Source: Tissierellaceae bacterium (GTDB lineage Bacteria > Bacillota > Clostridia > Tissierellales > Tissierellaceae). From it: a DNA stretch of 64,000 nt. A program made the translations under genes and the position numbers. The stretch lies in assembly GCA_041655755.1 (NCBI GenBank), contig JBBAEY010000001.1:13389-77388 (forward strand). The letters run 5' to 3'. A model generated the notes under the pieces. It was not told the DNA's origin and did no database searches. It saw nothing but the letters and a program-made list of their open reading frames with translations. Positions 56,641 through 64,000 of the stretch are shown here, piece by piece. Position 1 is the first letter of the stretch; every line of letters starts with the position of its first letter.

Positions 56641-56670
56641 GATTCGGTGAACCCTATCACAAGTAATTCT
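56641..56670 (+). repeat. Direct repeat copy 2 (GATTCGGTGAACCCTATCACAAGTAATTCT)
   Basis: See copy 1. The two copies bracket the MNT gene, 557 bp apart. Confidence 0.85.
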
Positions 56671-56794
56671 CATTTTTCCACCACAAATATCTCAATTTGG
56701 TTACAGTTTTGTAGATTGAGAATATTATGGATTGAACAATATTAGTAATACTATAGAAGTATAGGCTAAGTTATCGTAAGGGGGAAATGGAAAA

Positions 56795-58255
56795 ATGAGA
56801 AAAAATTGTTTATGCAGAAATACCAGAGTTTTTTTGGTTTTTTTACTTGTATTTACCTTATTGGCATTACAGCTTATTGCCCCAAATTATGGTCATTCAG
56901 GGAACGAAGGATATGTGGCAGCCATCAAGACGGCAAAGGGCAACTTCTTATGTTCTGAGGACGGTGGAGGCAAGGAAATCAATGCTACAAGGGAAACCGT
57001 GGGAGAATGGGAAACCTTTGAAATCATTAATCTAGGCAAGGGGTATGCTGCCCTGAGGAGCCATGACGGAAGCTATATAAGGACGACAAAGGATGGCAAG
57101 GGGGTATACTCAGATAGCAGCAAGATAGGCAACAGAGAGACCTTTAAGCTAATAGCATTAAAAGACGACAAGCTGGCATTTATGACATACGATAAAAAAT
57201 ACCTATGTGCCGAAGATGGGGGTGGAGGGAAACTAACAGCGGACAGGGATAATATAGGAGAATGGGAAACCTTTGAATTGCTAATGATTGAACCGACAGC
57301 TTCCGATAGGTTACAGCTAACAGCCCTGGCAGGTGACAAGGCCGTAGTATTTTCCTGGAACAAGCCCAGCTCAACAAAAAACATCATAGGCTATAATTTA
57401 TACAGAGGGACTGCATCAGGGAAGGAATCCAGCACGCCAATCACAGACTTTCCCATAGAGAAAACAAGTTATACAGATTATAATATCAATGTCGACACCA
57501 ACTACTACTATGTATTGAGAGTAGTATATAAAAATAATGTCCTGGGGAGCCCATCGAATGAAGTATCTGTAGCACTTGGGTCCAAAATCACATTAAAATC
57601 GGAAACTGCAGCAGAGGGAATATACTTGTACTGGAACAAGCCCACTGAATCCAAAAATATTGTGGGCTACTATCTCTATAGGGCAACTGCTTCAGGTAGA
57701 CAGTCTACTACGCCCATTACAGATTTTCCCATAGAGGGGACACAATACAATGACAAAAATGTTGAGGAAAACACCAACTACTATTATATTCTAAAGCCGG
57801 TTTACAAGGATAAAACCCTTGGTGCCGCATCAAAGGAAACATACGCAAAATCAGGTACCAGGGTCAGCACCGTCCTATTGGAAGTGGGAAGCAGGTACAT
57901 GTATGTAAACGGACAGAGAAAGGACATTGATCCGGGAAATAATACAGTAGTCATAATAAAGAATGGCAGGACATTTCTCCCAATTAGGGCAGTTATCGAG
58001 GCATTGGGTGGGGATGTCCAGTGGAGAGAGTCGGATAAAAGGGTTAGTATATATTTAAAGAGGAATACAATCCAACTTTGGATTAACAATAAACTGGCTA
58101 AAGTAAATGGAGCCAACAGGGAAAGCGATGTTGCACCCTATATCTCAGATACGGGCCGCACGATGTTACCATTGAGGTTCATTGCGGAAAACCTTGACTG
58201 TGAAGTGGATTGGGATGGATTGACTAAAAGGGTAACAATTACTGCACCTAGGTAG
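56795..58255 (+). CDS. Secreted multidomain protein: 2 fascin/beta-trefoil-like modules + 2 FN3-like modules + copper-amine-oxidase-N-terminal-like (stalk) domain
   Basis: Signal peptide. Repeated 'YLC(S/A)EDGGG..(I/L)(N/T)A.R...GEWETFE'. Two 'W(N)KP...KNI(I/V)GY.LYR(G/A)TASG..S.TPITDFPIE' modules. C-terminal 'NGRTFLPIRAVIEALGGDVQW' and 'MLPLRFIAENLDCEVDWD'. Confidence 0.7.
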   Translation: MRKNCLCRNTRVFLVFLLVFTLLALQLIAPNYGHSGNEGYVAAIKTAKGNFLCSEDGGGKEINATRETVGEWETFEIINLGKGYAALRSHDGSYIRTTKDGKGVYSDSSKIGNRETFKLIALKDDKLAFMTYDKKYLCAEDGGGGKLTADRDNIGEWETFELLMIEPTASDRLQLTALAGDKAVVFSWNKPSSTKNIIGYNLYRGTASGKESSTPITDFPIEKTSYTDYNINVDTNYYYVLRVVYKNNVLGSPSNEVSVALGSKITLKSETAAEGIYLYWNKPTESKNIVGYYLYRATASGRQSTTPITDFPIEGTQYNDKNVEENTNYYYILKPVYKDKTLGAASKETYAKSGTRVSTVLLEVGSRYMYVNGQRKDIDPGNNTVVIIKNGRTFLPIRAVIEALGGDVQWRESDKRVSIYLKRNTIQLWINNKLAKVNGANRESDVAPYISDTGRTMLPLRFIAENLDCEVDWDGLTKRVTITAPR

Positions 58256-58388
58256 GAGTATAGAATACATGAGCATTTGGTCACATGATTATCCTAGATA
58301 TTGAACCAGCCTCCAAAGATATGCTATAATCGTAATAATATACTATTGACATACAATCATATAAATTAGAAAGACAGAGGTCGGTTAA

Positions 58389-59024
58389 ATGGAAAAGGTA
58401 TTTGAAGCTTTCATAGATAGATTAGCTCTTGCAAAGGTTACAGCAAACGTATACAATCAGTATTCCTATGGGCATGAGGAGAATTCCATAAGAAGAGATA
58501 ACCTACTAATATATCTAAAGCAGATGTATGAAATAAGGCCTGAGATTTTATTGGTGGGTGAAGCACCGGGATACAGGGGATGTAGGCTCACCGGAGTCCC
58601 CTTTACCAGTGAGCATCTACTCATGAATAATGTCGAGGGCCTAGATCAATTTGGAAGAGAGAATGGTTACAGGTTGGCCCTGGAAAAGGAGCACCTCATG
58701 AAGGAGGCAACAGCCACTATAATCTGGAATACCCTATTACAATATAAGGTAGAGTCCCTAGGTTGGAATGCCTTTCCATTTCACCCGCACAAGGAGGGCA
58801 AGCCAGATAGCAATCGAACCCCCTTAAAAAAGGAACTTCTCATAGGACAGGATTTTCTCCTTCAGATGATTAAAATGTTTAGCATAAAAAAAGTGGTGGC
58901 CGTGGGCAACAAGGCGGAGGAAAGCCTAAGAAAACTAGGCATCAATTGTGAAAAGGTTCGGCACCCTGCCCAGGGCGGGAAAAATGACTTTGTCAGGGGG
59001 ATAGGGGAGTTGAAAGGTCAATAG
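58389..59024 (+). CDS. Uracil-DNA glycosylase superfamily protein
   Basis: 'LLVGEAPGYRGCRLTGVPFTSE' and C-terminal 'HPA..G'. Confidence 0.6.
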   Translation: MEKVFEAFIDRLALAKVTANVYNQYSYGHEENSIRRDNLLIYLKQMYEIRPEILLVGEAPGYRGCRLTGVPFTSEHLLMNNVEGLDQFGRENGYRLALEKEHLMKEATATIIWNTLLQYKVESLGWNAFPFHPHKEGKPDSNRTPLKKELLIGQDFLLQMIKMFSIKKVVAVGNKAEESLRKLGINCEKVRHPAQGGKNDFVRGIGELKGQ

Positions 59025-59139
59025 CCAGTATCTCAGCCTCAAGTTTGAAACCCATGACATAGACAGGACCATAGAGATTTAGACCTTGCAGTGCAATGAC
59101 AAGTATTAAAGCAGGTGGGAATTTCGAGGGGGAATTAGA

Positions 59140-59883
59140 ATGAGCAGGGAAGAGGCATTTTCGGAGGAAGATTATAAGGGACTGCTGGAAGGGCTAAATA
59201 GAAAAGATGCCCTCTATGGCATAGGCTACTATATGTCCTACATGTTGATGGTATATTTATTTGGTTTGCTGGTCTACAATACAAGCATATATGAGAGTTT
59301 AGCTAAAAATTTCAATAGCAGGGCATTTTTCAGGCTAGCATTCAACATACCATATGCAATGATCAATATTATGCCAATATTTATAATTCTAAGATTTAGA
59401 AAGCAAGATATTGCAACCGTTGGGATAAAAAAAGACAAGGGTCTTAAATCAATTGCTGTAGGCATAGTAGGCTCAATCCCCTTCTCCCTATTGAATATAA
59501 TCTGGCCAATTTCCAATGGGAAGGTAATAAATCCAAATATGGCTGACAATCTGTGGACCTTCCTCTATTACCTATTATGTATCTCCTTTACAGAGGAACT
59601 AGTTTTTAGGGGCTACCTACAGTCTAGAATGGGAGGGATAGTAAAATCCAAATGGCTAAAAACCATCGTTGTCGGCATAATGTTTGCCATTATGCATATA
59701 CCCTTTCAAATGATTAAGGCAAATATGACTCCTATGGAATTTATAGGGCAAGACCTTGGCCACCTAATTAACACATCAGTCATACATATCTATCTGGTAT
59801 TTTTATTTGGGAGAGACAATAACATAGTAGCACCTACACTTGCCCATGCAATAATAAACTTCAGTTATGATATCTTCATATAG
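59140..59883 (+). CDS. CPBP-family intramembrane glutamic endopeptidase
   Basis: 'FTEELVFRGYLQ', 'FAIMHIP' and 'LAHAIINF' motifs. Confidence 0.85.
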   Translation: MSREEAFSEEDYKGLLEGLNRKDALYGIGYYMSYMLMVYLFGLLVYNTSIYESLAKNFNSRAFFRLAFNIPYAMINIMPIFIILRFRKQDIATVGIKKDKGLKSIAVGIVGSIPFSLLNIIWPISNGKVINPNMADNLWTFLYYLLCISFTEELVFRGYLQSRMGGIVKSKWLKTIVVGIMFAIMHIPFQMIKANMTPMEFIGQDLGHLINTSVIHIYLVFLFGRDNNIVAPTLAHAIINFSYDIFI

Positions 59884-59903
59884 GATTATATAGTTTTTGA
59901 GAT

Positions 59904-59933
59904 CCGCTCCGATTATCGGGGCGGTTTTATTTT
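59904..59933 (+). terminator. Rho-independent terminator
   Basis: CCGCTCCG / CGGGGCGG stem (one G-U pair), 5-nt loop, then TTTTATTTT. Confidence 0.75.
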
Positions 59934-60086
59934 GTCAAAAATGAACTTTTTTCTAGAAATGAATTATTTTTCTAAAAAAGGGAATAATTTGTAGAGTTAA
60001 AATAATACACTAATGCATAACGTAAATTAATGTAATTGCCTCTAAAAAGAGAATATCACATTCGAAAGGCTAGGGAGGTCTTATAT

Positions 60087-60740
60087 TTGAAAAGGTCGAG
60101 GGTAAATCCAAGAGTGGCAATTTTGTGTATCTCCTCTATTATTTCATTAGGATCCATGGGTGTAGGGTATTCCGCCTGGAATGATAGAGTGATAATTGAT
60201 ATGTCCATTACTACTGGATATATTGATGCAGATATAGAAGTTTTAGAAAGAAGGATAACCTTGGAGGGTGAAGAATACTTAGATTTCGTATTAGATACAG
60301 ATGGAAAGACCTTGTTTATCGAGGGTCAGGTATATCCAGAATTCAATAATTATATAGATATCAACATTTTAGATGGTGGTAGTATCCCCTTTGCCATTAG
60401 CAAGGTGGAAGAAATAAAAGAGACAGAAATCGTTATATTGAGAAACAGAGGAAGAGGATTAAAGAGCAAAGAAAGCACGGAGGAGGAGATTTTAAGACAA
60501 AATCAGATAAGAGAATCCCTTAGTTTGCAGATTAACCCAAGCCATATTTACAAGGAAGTCAACTATTTAAATATGAATCATAGAATTGGTGAACCTAACT
60601 ATGCGGTGGAAACAAAATCAGGCGGGGTGGGTCAATTAGAGTTACGAATTTCAGAGCTAAGATCTGAAATTGAGAGCTATAAACAAATAGATGAAGAGCA
60701 GGAATTTAAATATAATATCCTATTCGAGCAAGGAATCTAG
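60087..60740 (+). CDS. Secreted protein with SipW-dependent-type signal peptide
   Basis: 'AILCISSIISLGSMGVGYSAWNDRV' resembles the TasA-class signal peptide. GGAGG lies 8 nt upstream of TTG 60087; the track start was 60036. Confidence 0.6.
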   Translation: MKRSRVNPRVAILCISSIISLGSMGVGYSAWNDRVIIDMSITTGYIDADIEVLERRITLEGEEYLDFVLDTDGKTLFIEGQVYPEFNNYIDINILDGGSIPFAISKVEEIKETEIVILRNRGRGLKSKESTEEEILRQNQIRESLSLQINPSHIYKEVNYLNMNHRIGEPNYAVETKSGGVGQLELRISELRSEIESYKQIDEEQEFKYNILFEQGI

Positions 60741-60777
60741 CATAGTTTTGATTCTTAAAGGATATGGAGGTATAAAA

Positions 60778-61125
60778 ATGAAAAAAAAGATGACTATACT
60801 GGCATTAAGTTTTGCAGCTACCCTCGTGCTTATGCCTGCGGGCTTTGGGAGTTGGTATGATAATGTGACAATACTAGGCCTTATAAGAATAATTCCCAAC
60901 CCTGATATAATAGCTGAAATGGAGGCAGAACTGGATATGTTGGAAATCCAAATGCTTGAAGCTAAGAAAAGAATACAGGTGGTACATAAACAGGATTCAG
61001 TCGTGGAAATGGAAAATTATTACCCAACAACTGAGCCTATATCCGTTGGCCAAGAAGGTGATGAAGTAGAAATAGAGATAGAAGAAGAGTTAGGTATATC
61101 TGAGGAAAATGCTGATGCTAAATAA
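60778..61125 (+). CDS. Small acidic secreted protein with SipW-dependent-type signal peptide
   Basis: 'MKKKMTILALSFAATLVLMPAGFGSWYDNV'. GGAGG lies 8 nt upstream of the ATG at 60778. Confidence 0.6.
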   Translation: MKKKMTILALSFAATLVLMPAGFGSWYDNVTILGLIRIIPNPDIIAEMEAELDMLEIQMLEAKKRIQVVHKQDSVVEMENYYPTTEPISVGQEGDEVEIEIEEELGISEENADAK

Positions 61126-62326
61126 TTATTTGCCTACAAAAAGACGAGATATAAGGAAATTACTGCTGATAATCGCAATAATACTTATTTATACAATTGA
61201 AAATTCACCAATTAAGGGGTATTTTAATAGCTTCATATTTACCTATTTGATAATGCCTATGATTTGGATAATAGTCTTCCTCATCTTAAAAGATACTAGG
61301 CAAATCAGGGCAAATATCAAGATACGAAATATGAAAATCCTAAACTTCTGGGTATTTTATTTTGGATTAATATATATAGTCGTTAATCTACTAGCCGGTC
61401 TAATTGATGGCTTTGGAAAAAGTCCCTACAACCATACTCCCTTTGGAATAGCAACCAATATCTTTCTAGTGGCTGCCAATTTGTTTGGTAGGGAGCGTGT
61501 GAGAAGTGTTTTGGTGAGGAGTAGTAGTAAAAAGGACAACACGATTGCTTTTATATTCATAGCATTCTTGATGACCCTAGTCAAATATCCTCTTAACAGA
61601 TATATGTCAATACAGACGGGGGAGGGATTAGTCCAGTTTGCTGCACAATATTTTTTACCGGACCTATCAAATAATATATTTGCATCCTATTTGGCTTTTA
61701 ATGGAGGGGCAATGGCATCCATTAGATATCTTGGTTTAATTGAGGCCTTTTACTGGCTATCACCCGTATTGCCTAATCTAAAATGGATAACGGCTGCCTT
61801 TATTGGGATACTAGGTCCAATCTTTTTTATGGTATTACTTGAGGAAATACTTCTTTTTCATGAAGGAAAAAAGAGCACAAGGAGGAGGGAAAGGGAAGGC
61901 ACCCTTAGTTGGATAGCTACCACCCTTATATCAATAGCTTTGATATGGTTTGCGGTAGGTGTATTCCCAATTTATCCATCAGTTATTGCAACTGGTAGTA
62001 TGGAACCTTTTATGAGCCCAGGAGACATTATACTTGTAAGAAGGCTTACGGATATGGAGGATATAAAAAGGCTAAAAAAAGGAGATATAATTCAGTTCAA
62101 AAAAGCTAGCATCTTAATTTCACATAGGATTGTGGGGATTGAAGGAAGTAAAGACAAGGACATCAAGTTTGTCACCAAGGGTGATAACAATAAGGAAATA
62201 GATAGGGAGACGGTGAGTCCCGAAAATGTGAAGGGAAAAATAAAACATATACTGCCTAAACTGGGTTGGCCAACTCTTCTAATAAAAAGCAGTAGGAATG
62301 TCAGACCTGAAGAAATGGGATTCTAA
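61109..62326 (+). CDS. Polytopic membrane domain fused to SipW-type (archaeal/ER-type) signal peptidase I
   Basis: C-terminal 'IATGSMEPFMSPGDIILVRR', 'SHRIVGI' and 'FVTKGDNN'. It is preceded by about 270 aa containing about 7 TM segments. Confidence 0.75.
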   Translation: MLMLNNYLPTKRRDIRKLLLIIAIILIYTIENSPIKGYFNSFIFTYLIMPMIWIIVFLILKDTRQIRANIKIRNMKILNFWVFYFGLIYIVVNLLAGLIDGFGKSPYNHTPFGIATNIFLVAANLFGRERVRSVLVRSSSKKDNTIAFIFIAFLMTLVKYPLNRYMSIQTGEGLVQFAAQYFLPDLSNNIFASYLAFNGGAMASIRYLGLIEAFYWLSPVLPNLKWITAAFIGILGPIFFMVLLEEILLFHEGKKSTRRREREGTLSWIATTLISIALIWFAVGVFPIYPSVIATGSMEPFMSPGDIILVRRLTDMEDIKRLKKGDIIQFKKASILISHRIVGIEGSKDKDIKFVTKGDNNKEIDRETVSPENVKGKIKHILPKLGWPTLLIKSSRNVRPEEMGF

Positions 62327-62387
62327 CGAGTTGGAAAAGGAGAATATAACAAACATGTTATATAAATAAAAAAAAGGAGAGATTTAA

Positions 62388-63059
62388 ATGAAGAAAACCA
62401 GGTTTTTAGCATTAGTTTTAGTGGTAGTAATCATGGGAATGGGAGCAGGGTACGCATGGTGGACAGATGCCTCAACAGTTACTGGCGAAATAAACACAGG
62501 TACCATGGATGTGTCAGTGGGATTTGCTAACATTCACAAACCCCCTCACACTACGGGAAGTATTGAGCAGTCTGAAGACGAGAAATTAATTACCTTCACT
62601 GCAGGAAACTTGTATCCGACAGCATATAATAATAATGACAACAAAACATTCGGCAAAATACATTTTTCACTGGAAAACAGGGGCACCATACCTGTAAAAT
62701 TGGGAGATATAGAGTTTGAACTAATTAATCCTGATTCTCCATTGTGGGATGACCTAGAGGCATCAATTCACATCCATAGGGGAACAGTTAGATTACCCAA
62801 TGGCACATCTTTAGGTAATTCAGAATCATTAACCGGAACTAACCCCCTAAGGGGTAAACTCAAGGATTTGGACACACTTCTCTTAGGAAGCGGTTTATCG
62901 ACAGTTGAGCTATTGCCAGGCGAGGCAATTTGGTTTGGCAATGAGGATCCAGAGTTAGCCTCCATTAGATATTGGATTGACAAGGATTCCACAAATGAAA
63001 CCCAGGGCCAGGATATTGGATTTACCTTGAAATTTAACTGGAAACAGTTCAACGAATAA
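62388..63059 (+). CDS. TasA/camelysin-like secreted protein
   Basis: 'MKKTRFLALVLVVVIMGMGAGYAWWTDASTVTGEINTGTMDV' is a SipW-type signal peptide followed by a TasA-like N-terminus. Confidence 0.7.
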   Translation: MKKTRFLALVLVVVIMGMGAGYAWWTDASTVTGEINTGTMDVSVGFANIHKPPHTTGSIEQSEDEKLITFTAGNLYPTAYNNNDNKTFGKIHFSLENRGTIPVKLGDIEFELINPDSPLWDDLEASIHIHRGTVRLPNGTSLGNSESLTGTNPLRGKLKDLDTLLLGSGLSTVELLPGEAIWFGNEDPELASIRYWIDKDSTNETQGQDIGFTLKFNWKQFNE

Positions 63060-63121
63060 TAGAAGGGCGGGTCAGCAATTTGCTGACTCCTCTATATTTA
63101 AATTAGGGGTGGGGAAAAGGG

Positions 63122-64000
63122 ATGAAGGTAAGTATTGAAAAACGCCTAAGGCTCAGTATTATTTTACTTGTTTTGGCCATTATGGTATCAGTTTTCATAG
63201 CTTTATATAGGCTAATAAAAGATCCATTGGTGGGGGAGCGGGTAGAAGAAATATATAGCTACGAGAATCAAGCCAGTATAGACTATGAGCTCATTGAAAA
63301 ACCTAATATCCTAAATGATAGTCCCATTGAATCAGATAGGCAAATTTATATTTCTAAATTCGTAGAAGGGATAGGGCTGGACTTTAGTTATCAATTTGTT
63401 GGAGAGGATGAGGTAAATCTTTATGGGAATTATGTAATAGGTGCTGAAATACTGGGTTCTGTTTACAAAGGTCAGGAAGAGGGAAGCGTATTGGTGTGGA
63501 AAAAGAAATATCCCCTGGCGAATAAAAGGATTCAGGCCTTAGAAAAAGAACTGTGGATAGAAGAATCATTATTCCTAGACTTTGGTAAGTATAGGGAATT
63601 TTTAGAGGAACTGGCAGAGGAAACTGAAATTAATTTTGATACATCCCTGCTTATATCCATGGACATAGACCTAAAGGGCAGCACAGATAAGGGAGACTTC
63701 GAAGAGCAGCTTAAGCCAAATATAACCATACCCCTAAATACAGCCCTGTTTGAAATAGGGGGTACTCCGGTCATAGAGAAGCCTGGTGCAATAGAGAGGA
63801 CCATAGAAGTCCAATTGCCCGCGGATAGGGGGAAGCTTGCCTTTTATGGAATTATTTCGGGGCTTGCTGCCCTGGGTCTTGTCTACCTGGCTTTTTTCAC
63901 CATAGCAGCCCCTAAAAAGGGGCCACTGGAAAGGGAGCTAAACAGGATATTTAAAAAACATGGAGATAGGCTGGTTGCCCTAGATGGCCATATGGACATA
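63122..64000 (+). CDS. DUF5305-like membrane protein (partial; runs off the window end)
   Basis: My own translation from the ATG at 63122 is open through 64000 (293 codons). An N-terminal TM and a second TM 'LAFYGIISGLAALGLVYLAFF' are followed by 'IFKKHGDRLVAL'. Absent from the ORF track because no stop lies within the window. Confidence 0.6.
   Translation, partial: MKVSIEKRLRLSIILLVLAIMVSVFIALYRLIKDPLVGERVEEIYSYENQASIDYELIEKPNILNDSPIESDRQIYISKFVEGIGLDFSYQFVGEDEVNLYGNYVIGAEILGSVYKGQEEGSVLVWKKKYPLANKRIQALEKELWIEESLFLDFGKYREFLEELAEETEINFDTSLLISMDIDLKGSTDKGDFEEQLKPNITIPLNTALFEIGGTPVIEKPGAIERTIEVQLPADRGKLAFYGIISGLAALGLVYLAFFTIAAPKKGPLERELNRIFKKHGDRLVALDGHMDI

Noticed and set aside
56573-56794. 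Looked for a HEPN toxin partner downstream or upstream of the MNT gene.
   Set aside because: There is no ORF of suitable size on either strand. The MNT gene is treated as orphan.

Overview
64 kb chromosomal segment from a low-GC, anaerobic, probably spore-forming Firmicute. Clostridia-like markers are a SpoVB-like flippase, a PrsA lipoprotein, a YdjI/YdjG/YdjH-like module, a SipW/TasA-like locus and many Fe-S proteins. I support about 56 protein-coding genes, one apparently intact IS3-family element and one Fic pseudogene. I recognise no rRNA, tRNA or CRISPR. Content from left to right: (1) a DUF5320/DUF134/NifX-like/MinD-ferredoxin ATPase operon with a well-defined promoter and two palindromic operators. 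(2) A Cache histidine kinase with a DUF3369 response regulator. (3) Two c-di-GMP proteins. (4) A long minus-strand run of ydjIGH-like, metNIQ and a MoaE-like gene. (5) An OmpR-type two-component system. (6) A DUF4183 small protein plus a 1012-aa DUF4183/DUF11-repeat protein with no signal peptide, a candidate spore-surface structure. (7) A 2644-aa cyclic beta-1,2-glucan synthase-type gene preceded by a fused sugar-nucleotidyltransferase/phosphohexomutase. (8) An arsR-acr3-COG0523-permease-thioredoxin operon with a clear promoter and operator. (9) Housekeeping genes (prsA, xth, spoVB-like, rhodanese, ECF sigma/anti-sigma). (10) An AT-rich accessory island at about 50.8-56.7 kb. It carries a Fic remnant, an IS3 element, an orphan nucleotidyltransferase cassette flanked by direct repeats, and a three-gene operon: Swt1-like HEPN protein, 329-aa unknown, membrane protein with a degenerate M48 motif. 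This operon is my best candidate for an undescribed defence-type system. (11) A SipW-dependent secretion/fibre locus with an unusual polytopic-membrane::SipW fusion and a DUF5305 gene that runs off the window end. All family assignments come from motif recognition by eye, not from searches. Several starts were moved from the ORF track on the basis of Shine-Dalgarno placement.
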